This document shows, piece after piece, positions 1 through 13,702 of a DNA stretch of 64,000 nt. This DNA comes from Octopus vulgaris (taxonomy: Eukaryota). Both the position numbers and the translations under genes were made by a program. Numbering within the stretch: the first letter of the stretch is position 1; each line of letters opens with the position of its first letter. The notes below the pieces were generated by a model. The model had not been told where the DNA came from, made no database searches, and worked only from the letters and a program-made list of their open reading frames with translations. The DNA is taken from the NCBI GenBank assembly GCA_951406725.2, contig OX597839.1:29636001-29700000 (forward strand), written 5' to 3'.

Positions 1-558
1 TAATTATAAGACCATGGATTTAATTAACTTTCTTCTCTTCTATCCTCCAACTGTTACATTGAATTATGGACCTCACAAACATTTTTCCTTTCTTTTTCTT
101 CCATTTTCCCTCTATTTTCTTTCTAATTTATCTTTGCCATATAATTGTTCCGATGATGTCTGTCAATTGCAACAAAGTAAATGCAAATTTACCCCAGCTT
201 CATATAACAAAACAGCTGTAAACATGTTCACATCTTAAATTAAAGAATGACTTTATAACACCAACGATCCACTTCTCACTGTTATTTATTGCTCCATTTC
301 TTATCATCTTTATACTGATATATATATATATATATACATACATACATACATACATGTATATATACATAAATATACTTGGAATTTACAAAAAAAAAACAAC
401 AAAAGACCATGTGTGTGTGTATATATATATATCTATATATATATATATATATATAGTTAATCCAAACATGAAAACACAAAGAGAAAACACAACAACGCGA
501 GGACGTGGAATAAATATAGTATTATTGGACGCTCAGGAAAGAAAGGAAGAAGGAGGAT

Positions 559-590
559 TTAACGTTTCAAGCGGAGCTCTTCATCGGAAA
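559..590 (-). ncRNA. Minimal PLE-type hammerhead-like motif in a Penelope pLTR fragment (~455-630)
   Basis: Minus strand CCGATGA-A-GAGC-tcc-GCTT-GAAA-CGTT; palindromic ACGT helix III; next to (TA)n. Confidence 0.5.
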
Positions 591-2489
591 CATAGGAAGG
601 GAAGACGGAGGAAAAAATCGCCAACGGATGTATGGATGCATGCTACCACACATACCACATGCATGCTACCACACATACCACATGCATGCACACTCATACT
701 GGCCATTTTTGCACTCTCCTGTGACCACTGGTCACTTCAAAAATTTAACCACACTTAATTGTTGGCGAATAAATAAGCATTCCATTTGACAGAATAATTT
801 GGATGCTAAAGGGGTTACTTATCCTACAAAAACTAGCCAATATTTTATATTTTTGGTAAGTTATCGAGGTTGAGGAGAGGGTGCAGTGCCCCTGATTTCT
901 CACTTTTCCTTTGGTCCACCCCACCCAGACTGGTGAGACTATTGAGGTCAAAGTACTTCAGAAACATCTGACCTATATCTACAAGTGCAAACTATTTCAG
1001 TAGTTGGGGTAGAAGTGAATACTGTGGGTGGGGGAATAGGGATTGAACTAGTGTTGTTGTTAATGAGACAAACCTAGTTGAGCAGGTCTATTGTCAAAGG
1101 TTTTCCAACCATGTCCATCTTGTCATATTTTATGTATCAATGATTATTTTATTATTCAATGTATCTTTATTTAACCCTTTGCTTGCCCAAGCCATTTCCA
1201 TGATTTTCTCCAAAGCATCCATGCTTCTTTCCAGCCCCTTAGTTATCCCCTTTTTCATATGTTCTGAGTAACGTAAAGCTTTCCTTTCATAAGCCCTAAG
1301 TTAACTCTGGAGGTTGAAAAACATTGGTTATGTGTATCATGTCCGATGTATGGACTCCAAGGAAATACGTCCCGTGTGTCAAATGTGATACACAGGACAG
1401 GCAAAAGGTTACGGCAATAAGAAGTAGGAAATGACTTGAGGGAAATTTCTTAGGTTATGAGACCAAGTGGAGGATCTCTCATTAACTTGGAAATGAATAG
1501 TTCCATGTTGCAGACTTTTGTAGTGGTGGTGGGGACTAGATTGGGAAAGGAAGGTTTCAAGAAAGTGCTGGTGGGGGTGGGGGAATGGAATAGAACTGGA
1601 GAAGAGAACTTTCAGAGGGTGGTGCTGGTGGTGGTGTTGGAGATGGAAGAAGCTAACCAGTGTGGAAGATATGTCTGGTTAATGTTCAAGAATTATGTTT
1701 TTCTAGATTATGGAGTTTTGTGTGTTTGTTTAGATAACAGGCTTAGTTGTTGTATATGGTACCAGTTTATTCCTTATCTTGTTCCTTATTCTGAAGGCAT
1801 AATACACACACACACATATATATGTGTGTGTGTGTGTAGTTTTGTGTATATATATATATGTATATATAATTTTATTTATTACTTCTGGTGATGGCTTGTA
1901 AGTTATTATTAGAAACTTTACTGTGCTAGATTAATTAGTCTAACTTGATATGAAAACTTTGGCTGCTTACTTCTGCCAAAACTGAGAGTAAGGAATAAAA
2001 TACAATTATATAAATATTTCCAAAGCTCTACGGGTAAAAGGGTGTTTTCTAATGGCCAATGCTTCAATCTCATGACAGTTGCAAAAAGATAGATCTTTGC
2101 CCGGATAAGCTGTTAGTCTGTTGTAGATAACATTCTCAACTGTTTCTTATCAAACTAAGGCAACATATAGGAAGGTGGTAGAGTTACCCATATATATATA
2201 GAAAGAAAATCCTACAGTAGGTTTCAATCTGGGATCTATGAGCTGCTGGCACTCTTCCATATTCACATACTGACCCAGTAAGCTAAAAACAATATGTTTT
2301 TATTTATATGAAACCATAGAATCCAAAGAAATTGCTGATATTCTATGTCAGTAAATAATTAAATGGTAAGCAGGAAAAGTTCATTTGGCGTAGTAAATTA
2401 GTTTGCTGTAAAGGTTGTATGGAAAATGTTAGGTTTTTCTCTCCCATCATCGCAAACTAATTTAGTTCATATTAAATTATTAATGTTAT

Positions 2490-3270
2490 TAAGTCAGCAA
2501 TCTGGCAGAATGATTAGCATATTGGGCAAAAATGCTTAGATGTATTTCTTTTGGTTGTTTAAACATTCTGTGCTCAAAATCCTGCTGAGATCAACTTTGT
2601 CTGTTAACCTTCAGGATCCTTTTGAGATTGATAAATACCAGTCAAAAGCTGGATTAATGTAGTCAATTTGCTCTTCATCTTAAAATTGCTGGCCTTGTGC
2701 TTAAATTAGAAAGAATTATTATTATTATTATTATTATTAAGGCAGTGAGCTGGCAGAATCTTTAGCATGCCAGCGAAATGCTTACTGGTATTTTGTCTGC
2801 CTTCATATTCTGAGTTCAAATTCCACAGGTTGACTTTGCCTTTCTTCCTTTCGGGAGTCAATCAAGTAAGTACCAGTTGAACTCTGGGATTGATGTAATT
2901 GACCTTCCCCCAAATTCCTGGCCTTGTGCCAAAATTTGAAACTATTATTATTATTATTATTATATCGTTCAACTAATAAAATATCTTACAATCAAATTGC
3001 GCTCTTCGTCTTCACTGTTTACCTTTGTGTAGAGTTATGTCAATCCTTTTTTAAAATATTATTATTATTATTATCATGATGAAGGTGGAAAGCTGGCAGA
3101 ATTGTTATCATACCACACAAAATACTTGGCAGCATTTTGTCTTTCATCTTTACGGGTTTGATGAAATAAGTACCAGTTGTGCACTGGGTTCAATGTGACT
3201 GACTAGCTTCCCACCCACAAAATTTCAGGCCTTGTGCCTAGAGTAGAGACGATTAAAATTATTATTGATA
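2490..3270 (+). mobile_element. Three copies of a ~220-bp tRNA-derived SINE ending in (ATT)n
   Basis: Repeated agctggcagaat..ttagc head, gagttcaaat B-box-like motif, aagtaccagtt..ggccttgtgcc body, ATT tail. Confidence 0.75.
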
Positions 3271-4683
3271 GTTAAACAACGATGATGATGATTTGCGTTT
3301 TACAAATGGTAACATTTTCCTCTGTCCTGGTGTCTCAGCAAATGTTTTCTAAAGCTACATAGCAGCTGTCGCAGAGACATGTTGTCTTCCTGTTGAAGGA
3401 ATTCTTCATTCAGTCAAATCACTGAGATATTTTGAATTTTATTCATTTATTTAATTTACTATGAAGCCTAATGAGATGTAGAACAGTTTTGGGGTCAAAG
3501 GCTGAAAGAAAACTCAACTTATGGGTTGCTGCGTGAAAAGCATTGCATCAATACATCTGGGACAAAGAAGTCCTGGATTTGTTTTTCAAATGCTTACTTA
3601 GGAAAAAGGGGGAGTTTGGCACCCCTGACTTTTGTTAGAGTCTTCAAGACTGAGTGGATGAAAGACGAGAATGATCCTTACACCAAACACTTAAATCCAC
3701 AAACTTGCAGCAAGCACTAAAGCAGGAATGGTGGACCAATAATAATTATGCGTAACACTAGTGACATACCTGCAAGTTTTTAGGTTGTGTGTGGTGGACT
3801 TTGGATAAAAGGAATTCTCTCTGTTATATCATGTTATAAAAAAGCTTGTCTAATAAGTATTTACCTACCATTCAATTACTTGTATACACGTGACACTCTT
3901 ATAAACAGGATTGTTAACCCTTTTGCTAATTTTTGTGGCAAATGGGACTAAACAGTAGAATTTTTGAAAAATTTTAATGTTTCAATAGAAAACCTCTGTT
4001 GTATCTTGGCCTGAAACTGAAATCCAATATGTGTGAGGAAGAAATAATTAAAAAAAAAAAGAGAAAAAAGAACATTTCTCTGTGATTTCAATAGAATACA
4101 ATGAATATTAGAGGTACAATGTCCTCAATCTGTGAAACTGGGTAACATATGGTGTAACAATACAAATTGAGTTCATTGTCTAAAACAGGGTGGGTGTGGA
4201 ACCTTTTAAAGTACCAAGGACAACTCAGATTGTAAGCACATAAAGATCTGCTGGGGATCCTCCTCCTCATCATCATCATTTACGTCTGCTTTCCATGCTG
4301 GCATGGGTTAGATAGATTGACTGGAACTGCTAAACTGGAGAGCTGCACTGGGTTCCAGTTTAATTTGGTATGGTTTCAAAGCCTGGATGCCCTTCCTAAC
4401 GCCAACCACTCCAGTATTATATAGTTACTGTTCTGTTAGTAGTTGGATCAACAAAAAAGTACTCCATCCAGTGAGAGATAAATATCTTTTAATATACATA
4501 GTATTTAAGTATAAACTACTAATAGTGAGGGGGTCCGGTCATTTTAGAGGGAACTTTTTAACCTGTCAGCTATGGCTGTGCCCTGTTTTGCCCCAAGTAA
4601 CCCCATGATCCACCAGACCTGTAATCAAAAGTGTTGCATCCCTGATCACCTCCCTCCCTTTTTTCTTTTTCTTCAACAAACTT

Positions 4684-5083
4684 GTGGCTGTGTGATAAGT
4701 AGCTTGTTTACCAACCACATGGTTCCGGTTTCAGTCCTACTGCGTGGCACCTTGGGCAAGTGTCTTCCACTATAGCCTCGGGCCGACCAAAGCCTTGTGA
4801 GTGGATTCGGTAGACGGAAACTGAAAGAAGCCCGTCGTATATATGTATATATATATATGTGTGTGTATATGTTTGTGTGTCTGTGTTTGTCCCCCTAGCA
4901 TTGCTTGACAACCGATGCTGGTGTGTTTATGTTCCCGTTACTTAGCGGTTTGGCAAAAGAGACCGATAGAATAAGTACTGGGCTTACAAAAGAATAAGTC
5001 CCGGGGTCGAGTTGCTCGATTAAAGGCGGTGCTCCAGCATGGCCACAGTCAAATGGCTGAAACAAGTAAAAGAGAGTAAAGAG
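4684..5083 (+). mobile_element. ~400-bp tRNA-derived SINE with internal (TA)/(TG) microsatellite
   Basis: A-box tggctgtgtg, B-box-like ttcagtcc, ccttgggcaagtgtct domain, gaaacaagtaaaagag tail; many copies in the window. Confidence 0.85.
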
Positions 5084-5566
5084 TTACTCGGACATAGGTG
5101 AGGGTTAGCAACAGGAAGGGCATCCGGCTGTAGAAAATCCGCCTTAACCAAATTCTGTCTGACCCGTGCAAGCATGGAAAAGTGGATGTCAAAACAGTGA
5201 TGAAGATGAATATGTCTAGGACTCCATGATTCAGTGTATACTAGAAAGCTTTATATTGAGGAAGATTAGGCTGTTAGTTCTGAGAAATTGAGCTCCTATT
5301 TGGGGAATTCTGTTCGTTTTCAATGACTGTCATTAAGCTTTATAAAGTTGTTTTGTAGATTTTTTTTTAAACAGCTTCCTTGAAAAAAGAAAAAAAAGTA
5401 GGGCAAATTTCAACTCTGCTTCCACTTGTAATGATTCTCAAATGTGTTTGTCCTTGAAGAAGTGTTTATAACAATTATTGTCTTCAATTCTCGGGCAGTA
5501 ATTGTCATAGTTAGGTTTCTTCAGTGAGACGTGTGTGTATGCATGCATGCATGCGCGTGTGTGTGT

Positions 5567-5604
<38 letters not shown>

Positions 5605-6530
5605 GCATTGGCAAACTGAATGAGACATAGTAGCTGACAGTTCCTGTTTTCTTCAATCTATTCACTGATTCTTGTATTGGAATGGTTTCATTTATCTTCA
5701 GGAAATATCATTCTCAGATATACATGCATGTCTACATACATGTGTGCAAACATACATACATACACGCAAACATGTAATACATATATTTATAGACTTACAT
5801 ATGTGCACACATACTACATACATATACGTATGTACATACATACGTATTCAATAGGTGCTATATATACATGCATATATATGTTCATATACACACCTACAGA
5901 CAAACTTGATGTAAAGCGTCTGCAATTTATGCATCGTTTTCGTTAATTGGCAAATACTCTCTGCTCCAGTAATTCCAGTTTATTTCAGCTTTCAATAATA
6001 CGACTTTCATTTATCTCTGGTAACCCAATGTCACTAACAAAGAATGCATATTGCTTTGGGTTGTTGTTGTTGTTGTTATTATTATGTTTAGAACTAATAT
6101 TATTGCCTTTCCTCCTTCTTCTCTTCAACCTCAAGCATCATGCACCCTTGCACCCCACTTCAGTATGGAGTGGGTGGGAGCAAGCTGCAGTTTTCATTTC
6201 AAAAACATGGCTTTGTAAACAGATAGCAAATTCAGGTCATTCTACTTCGGGGGTTTTTTTTTAAATATTTTTTTTTTCATAATGAGCTTCTGTTTGTAAT
6301 TATATCAGACTTGAGCAACTATTTACACATGGAAACATCTTTTAGTAGAAATGCTTTCAGCATTTCCTGATTTGGGTGTTGCTTCCACTCATTTCTAATA
6401 TAGTCTTCTTCTGTACTTGTCGGTTGGTTGAGATGGTTGTTGACACCTTTTGCTTGCAATATCCGTCTTTGGAAATCTGGTGGAAAAGTACAAAACTAAT
6501 TCTTCTAAAAAAATATATTCAAAGATTTAA

Positions 6531-6731
6531 CCCTTTAGCATTCAGATTATTCTGTCAAACGTAATGTTTATTTTTTAACATTATCTTTTAGCTTCAAAAT
6601 TTCAATGATTTGATTGTTTGGTTTTAGAATGATGTTATAGGGTAGGTTATATCGGGGCTGGATCTGGCCAGTTTGAACACAAAATGGATAGAGTATTTGG
6701 GCTGGATATTGTTGGTTTAAATGCTAAAAGT
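6531..6731. mobile_element. piggyBac-type MITE (degenerate right end)
   Basis: ttaa|ccctttagca ... tgctaaaagt|ttaa; homologous, in reverse, to 39604..39812. Confidence 0.6.
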
Positions 6732-8760
6732 TTAACTGAGTTTCTACTTCATTGATCTACTCCACAGCAGCAAAAGAATGATAGATGTGACGTACTTCTT
6801 TGTTGTCTTGTCCAGGGTTTGGTCATCATCCTTGTATGATATGCTCAATTCTTGTGTAGAGCAGGGGTGAGGAGCCCTTTGTCCTTGGGTGCAGCTTTGT
6901 TCACAAGCACCATTGAAACATTAAGTCTGGAAAGTCCTCTAGAAGGGGGGAGGGTAGTACCTGAAGATCAAGTCATACACAGGGAAATCCATGAAATCTT
7001 TCCATCGATGATGTCTCTATAAACCTTAAAACCAAGTAATTCAGTTTGATGCAAATAATATATTCGTTATGTTTATAGAATTGTTTTGCAAGATTCTTTG
7101 TGTGAAATTGTGTGATGAAACAGATATTGTTATATTTGGGGGTGATGGCCATCATTTGCCAATTAAACACATGCACTGTATATTTGGTCTTCACTTCAGC
7201 TTTCTTCTTCTTCTTATTTTAGTTTCTTTGTCAAAGCTCTTTCGTCACACGTCCCATCACCTCTTTCTTCCATGACTCTTTCTCATGTCTCCTCTTGTTC
7301 TGCTCATTCCGTTTTGTCTATACATTTATTAATTTGCCTAATTTAACGATTGATTATTTTTCTCAACACAGATGTACCCCACAGATTCTTATGAACTTCA
7401 ATTCACCCTTGGTACTAAAAAGTTCACCGTCCCTGACCTAGAGCCATTGACCAATAACTGAAGGAAACCTCTAGGTGACTACAATAGCTCTGTGTGGTAC
7501 TCCTGTGTAAATCTAGCTGTGATGCCCTTTAAACAAACTGAAGAGCATGTGTGGATGATTGATGGGTGAAGAGGGACCGTGAGAATATGCTTGTGTGTGT
7601 GTGTGTGTGTTGTTCTTTAATGATGTTCTGAGTGGAGTTGTGTGTATGTGTTGGTACTTAAAACCTACTCACAGACAAATTGTGTGTATGGGTGTATCTG
7701 TTGTTGCCTAATGCTGTTTCCATTGGAGTTGTTGCTGTGTGTTTTTGGAGTGGTACTTACTACTACTACTACTACTACTACTACTTATAATGATAATCCT
7801 TTCTGCTATAGGCACTAGGCCTGAAATTTGGGGGGAGGGGGACTATTCAATTACATTGACACCAGTGTTTCCCTGGTACTTAATTTATAGACCCCCGAAA
7901 GGATGAAAGGCAAAGTCGGCCCCGGCGGAATTTGAACTCAGAAGGTAGCAACAGACAAAATATCGCTAAGCATTTCACCTGGTGTGTTAACGATTCTGCC
8001 AATAATAATAATAATAATAATAATCCTTTCTTTATTAACCACTGAGGGTTCATATATAAAGGGCCAGGGATGGCACAGGACAATAAAATACATAAAGGGT
8101 GGGATTGAATTGTGTAATAAAAAGGGAATAACAATAAAAATTATTCCAAGTAAATCCCCAAAAGAGAGAAACTTCCAAGGGCTGCTTGTGGAAACCTTGC
8201 AACAACCATAATCACCCTGTCCTCTAAGGTAAGTGCCCTCTCCACTTTGGCTACTCTTAATTTAGGGGTGCATGCTTAGGGTAGGCTTGTTCACTTGTGC
8301 TACAGTCACCCACCTTTTAACGAACTTTACTGCGAGGCAGCACTTGCTTCTCTCCCCTCATTTTCCTTTCAATCATTATTCAGACATCCACAATATTAAC
8401 TGTTCAACGTGTTTAGGACTTGAATAGAACTGTTTAACCGAATTTACAAACAACTTGTCTACACCCCTCATCGCCCTCACCACCTCTCCCCTGGCTCTCT
8501 CACACACAGCCTTACTCTTTCTTTCCTTGCTTTCTCATTCACAGATCCTCAATCTCTCTCTCTCTCTCACACACATGCGTCCTTGCTCACTATGTCTCTC
8601 CCCCTTTCTCTCATACACACATCATTGTTCTCTTTCTCTCTCATTCATGCAGCCTTGCTCTCTGTCTCCCTCTCTCACACACAGGTTGTCTCTCTCTCAC
8701 TCACTCACACACACACACAACATACCTGCATGCATACACACACATTACATACATACACAA

Positions 8761-8794
<34 letters not shown>

Positions 8795-9189
8795 ATACAT
8801 ACACACATGCATAGACACATGCACATACATATGTACACATACACACAGACTGTTGTTGTGAGATCAATGATGGTGGCCCTGTTTGAGAGAATATCTAAAC
8901 AACCTCCACCGCCACCCCACAACACTTCTGTTACATCAGTACCATCACTGCCATTACCCCACCATACCACTGCAAAAAGCACTACACCCACACCATATCA
9001 CAACCATCACCACCATGCCACTGTTGCTACAACCACCATAATACCATACTACTACACACATACATGCATACTGTCATATACACACACATGCACACAAATA
9101 TGCATACTACCATATATACATACATACACATGCAGAAATACACACACACACACACATGTACACACATATATATATCATCATCATCTCCG

Positions 9190-10428
9190 CTAAGGTTCAG
9201 TCCACAGCCTCCTCCTATTTAACATAGTCCTCCAGGCAATAACAGAGGAATTCAAGACAGGATGCCCCTGGGGGCTCCTCTTTGCTGATGACCTTGCTCT
9301 AATTGCCGAGTCACTATCAGAACTAGAGGAGAAGTTTCAGGTGTGGAAGCAAAGATTAGAATCAAAGGGCATTAGAGTCAATCTAGCAAAAACCAAAGTC
9401 CTAATAGGTAGGAAGGCAGACAAACCACAAATCCGTTCTGTAGAAAAGGCGTAGGTAGAAACTCTATAAGATGTACTCAGTGTAAGCTATGGACACAATG
9501 GAAGGCTAACTGGGAAGATAGTTTTTGTATATGGCAAATGCTCAGGTGCCATAAACACTGAAAATGTGCAGAGAACAACTTCTGCCACATTCCAGGGAGA
9601 AAAACTAGAAGTAGTTGATAGCTTCCGTTACCTAGGTGACCAAGTCAGTAGCGGAGGTGGGTGCTCTGAAAGTGTTGCTGCTAGAATAAGAATAGCCTTG
9701 GCAAAGTTCAGAGAGCTCTTAACCCTGCTGTTGACAAAAGGGCCTCTCGCTCAGGGTAAAAGGTAGACTGTATTACACGCATGTGTACGAACAGCCATGC
9801 TACATGGCAGTGAAACATGGGCCATGACTGCTGAGGACATGCGTAAGCTCAATAGGAATGAAGCCAGTATGCTCCGATGGATGTGTAATGTCAGTGTGCA
9901 TACTCGACAGAGTGTAAGCACCTTGAGAGAAAAGTTGGACCTAAGAAGCATCAGATGTGGTGTGCAAGATAGACAACTGCGCTGGTATGGTCATGTGGCG
10001 AGAATGGATGAGGATAGCTGTGTGAAAAAGTGCCACACCCTTGCGGTTGAGGGAACCTGTGGAAAGCAAGTGAAAATGAAATCAAAATCAAGTTCTATGA
10101 CAGCACCGCATGACTGGCATCCGTGCTAGTGGAGTGCTAAGAGCATCATCAGAGCATGATTGTTGCCAGAGCAGCTGACTGGCTTCCGTGCCGGTGGCAC
10201 ATAAAAAGCACCATTTGAGCGTGGCCATTGCCAGTACCAGCTGACTGGTCCTCATGCCAGAGGCACATAAAAGCACCCACTTTACTCTCGGAGTGGTTGG
10301 CGTTAGGAAGGGCATCAAGCTGTAGAATCTCTGCCAGATCAGATTGGAGCCTGGTGCAGCCATCTGGTTCACCAGTCCTCAGTCAAATCATCCAACCCAT
10401 GCCAGCATGGAAAGTGGACGTTAAACGA
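9190..10428 (+). mobile_element. 5'-truncated RTE-clade LINE: frameshifted RT C-terminus + 3' UTR
   Basis: Translates LLFADDLALIAESLSELEEKFQVWKQRLESKGIRVNLAKTK, LEVVDSFRYLGD, MLHGSETWA, LRWYGHVARM; 3' end catggaaagtggacgttaaacgat shared with many short copies. Confidence 0.9.
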
Positions 10429-10731
10429 TATATATATATATATATATATATAAAACGGGAAGCTTTATGAAAATAAACAAAAGACGAAGGCAGGTGGAAT
10501 ACAAACAAACAATTGTATTAGTATGGCGCTCAGGAATATAAATAAAACAATATATATATGCAAATTGAGATAGGGGTTGTAAATGCAACCCTCCATGGGA
10601 TAACATATATCCAATCTACCGCTAGTGAAGTACCCAACAAAGTTAATACATAAATGTTAATGATTGCGATGTAATCAATTCATTTACTGTATTATATGGG
10701 CAAAGGTAAAATGTTTTACCACAAATTACTA

Positions 10732-11155
10732 ATACAAGATAAGAAAATGGAGAAATACATCTAAATCAAATATCAATTACCAGATAATACTCAATCACAT
10801 ACTTTATTAAACCAGCACCTAAGAGACTGTAGGGTTAAATATAAAAAGCAGAACAAATCAGTGTACATAAAGGAATGTACATAAAAAAGTGTACATAAAA
10901 GAGTAATGTTGTATAATAAGTAGAATATATATAAAAAAGAGAATATAAATATAAGTAAATATAAATATTCTACTTATTATACAACATCACTCTTATGTAC
11001 ACTTTTTTATGTACATTCCTTTATATACACTGATTTGTTCTGCTTTTTTATGTTTAACCCTATAGTCCCTTATGTGGTGGTTTAATAAAGTATGTGATTG
11101 AGTATTATCTGGTAATGGATATTTGATTTAGATGTATTTCTCCATTTTCTTATCT

Positions 11156-11160
<5 letters not shown>
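10732..11160. repeat. Long fold-back: ~197-bp inverted arms, ~36-bp loop, abutting (TA)n
   Basis: 10732-10928 is the near-exact reverse complement of 10965-11160. Confidence 0.9.
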
Positions 11161-11226
<66 letters not shown>

Positions 11227-11249
11227 CACATACACCTATCGTACACTGG

Positions 11250-12090
11250 TAGAGATGCATGACTTAGTGATTAGGGTTTTGAACTCATGAATGTAACATT
11301 GTGAGTTCGTTTCCTGGATGGGACAATGTATTGTGTTCTTGAGCAAACCTTTCATCTCTCATTGCTCCAGTCCACTCAGCTGGCAGAAATGAGTAACCCC
11401 GGGATGGAACAGCGTCCTATCCTGGTGGGGAATTTATATGCCATGAAACTGGGAAACCAGCCCTTATGAGTTGGCATGACTTAAGAACATGGTTCTGGGT
11501 TCAGTCCCACTGCGTGGCACCTTGGGCAAGTGTCTCCTACTATAGCCTCAGGCCGACCAAAACCTTATGAGTAGATTTGGTAGATGGAAACTGTAAGAAG
11601 CTTGCTCAGCCAAACGGTTAGGCTGTTGCACCCACAATAGCTAGATATTGGGTTTGATTCCTTGACTGGGCTGTGTGTTGTGTTCTTGAGCAAAACACTT
11701 CACTTCATGCTACCCCAGTCCACTCAGCTGGCAAAAGTAAGTCACCCTGCAATATATATGCACCATGGCAACCAGGAAACTGGCCCTATGTGTCTATATG
11801 ACTTGGGAAGGATTTTTCTCTCTTTACCATCACCACCACCACCATGCCATACGATGGAGACGTGTGGTTTAGTGGTTAGATTATTGCACTCATGACGATA
11901 GGATCGTGAGTTCGATCCCTGGATGGGACAATGTGTTGTGTTGAGCAAAACATTTTATTTTGTGTTGCTCCCTTCCACTCAGATTGTTGGATTGTAGGTT
12001 CAATTCCTGGATGTGGCAATACTTTTTGTTCTTGATGGGCAAAACATTTCATTTCACATTGCTCTCATTCACGCAGCAGAAATGAGTAAG
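11250..12090 (+). mobile_element. Cluster of a third tRNA-derived SINE family, with a partial copy of the 400-bp SINE at ~11487-11600
   Basis: Repeated ttagtggttag..gttcgatccctgg..ttgtgttcttgagcaaaacacttca..cagtccactcagctggc; further copies at ~14640-14870(-), 29828-30060, 35680-35920(-), 41398-41605. Confidence 0.75.
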
Positions 12091-13273
12091 ATGGTGAAGT
12101 GGTGACAAGCATGGCAAACTAGCAATGGATGGCGAATGTGTCAGCAAAGCAAACAGAAGGCTTTGGTATGGACAAGAACATCTGGACTGGCAAGAAACAT
12201 GCTTATCTGGTGTTGGGTGTTACTAGACCATACCAACACCAAAAGCACCATCACCACCATCATCACACCTGCGCCACCACCACCACTACTGTATCACTAC
12301 TTCCATCACACCTACTACACCAGCATAAATTATTAATTGCTCTACTAACTTAGTACCAACTTGGTACTGTACCAAAATACTGGTTTTCATTGACTTAATT
12401 AATAGTAGGAAATTGGATCGGTTCCAAGTGGTGGAGAAGAGAGGGAAAACGAGATAATGTCTGAGAGTTTTATCTGCTTCTTGTTCTCTCTCTCTCTCTC
12501 TCTCTCATGGTTGTTGCCTCATTCTGTTTACTTTGGAGATTTCTTTCAATCTCTCTTTTTCTTTCAATTCTCCCTTTCCTGTCACACAAACACACACACA
12601 CATATGCATACACACACTTACATACATAGGTATATATGTGTATATACACGCACAATGGGCTTTTTTCTGATTTCCTGCTTTGATATATATATATATGTAT
12701 GTTGTCCCTCCATATCTTTAATCAACTGGCACAAAGCTGCACCCCTTCAACACTCTCTTGACTCACAGTTTAAGGTTTTTTTTTCTTGCAAGGAACTAGG
12801 TAACTGTGTTGGTGCTGGTGCCACGTGAAAAGCAGCCAGTACACTCTGTAAAGTGGTTGGCGTTAGGAAGGTCATCCAGCTGTAGAAACCAGGCCAAAAC
12901 AGACTGTGGAACCTGGTGTGGCTCCCAGCTTTGCTAGCTTCTGTCAAACTGTCCAACCCATGCCAGCATGGATAACAGCATGTTAAATGATGATGTTGAC
13001 GATAAGACTCTTACTCTACAGCAGCACCTTGCACTGAAGAGAATTGGCCTGCAAAAGTCTTGTGCCAGTGTTACATAAAAAGCTGGTGCCACATAAAAGC
13101 ACCCAGTGCACTCTGTAAAGTAGTTGGTTTGGCGTTAGGAAGGGCATCCAACAATAGAAAACCATGCTAAATCAGACTGGAGCCTGGTACAGTTCTCCAG
13201 CTTGTCAGCTCTGGTCAAACTGTCCAACCCATGCCAGTATGGAAAACAGACATTAATGGACAATGATGATGAT

Positions 13274-13315
<42 letters not shown>

Positions 13316-13316
<1 letters not shown>

Positions 13317-13702
13317 TAGCAGTATTGCCCGGCGTTGCTCGGGTTTGTTTCGACCCTTTAGAATTGGAATTTTGAAAAGGAAAACTTTGGCATTATGTAG
13401 CTTGTTATTCTCTTTGAGTGAACATTTTTCTGGTTGAAATACACCAAAAAATGGCAACACAGCAGTCAAAAAATTGTAAAAAATAGGGATTTTCATAGAA
13501 AAAAAGCACCTTTTTCATGTAAATAACTTTTGGTGTTAACATGGTCCAATTTGAATTTTTTCTCCTACGGAAGGAAGAGCAAGCCTTCTTCTATCATATT
13601 CTCAATTTTGGTCAACTTGCGCTGCAGGGTCTTGGAGGAGATAGTGTTAGTTGAAGGCTACCAAACCTGCCACACACAGACAACTTCAGCTTTATATATA
13701 GA
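13316..13702 (-). mobile_element. Non-autonomous Helitron inserted at the edge of (TA)n
   Basis: Minus strand begins TCTATATATAAAG and ends with hairpin cccgagcaacgccggg, then caatactg-CTAG-t; no TSD. Confidence 0.75.

Noticed and set aside
780-1500. Faint resemblance to a PLE endonuclease region on the minus strand
   Set aside because: Too degenerate to support by eye.
4684-4760. tRNA-like A/B boxes here and at other SINE heads
   Set aside because: No complete cloverleaf; these are SINE heads, not tRNA genes.
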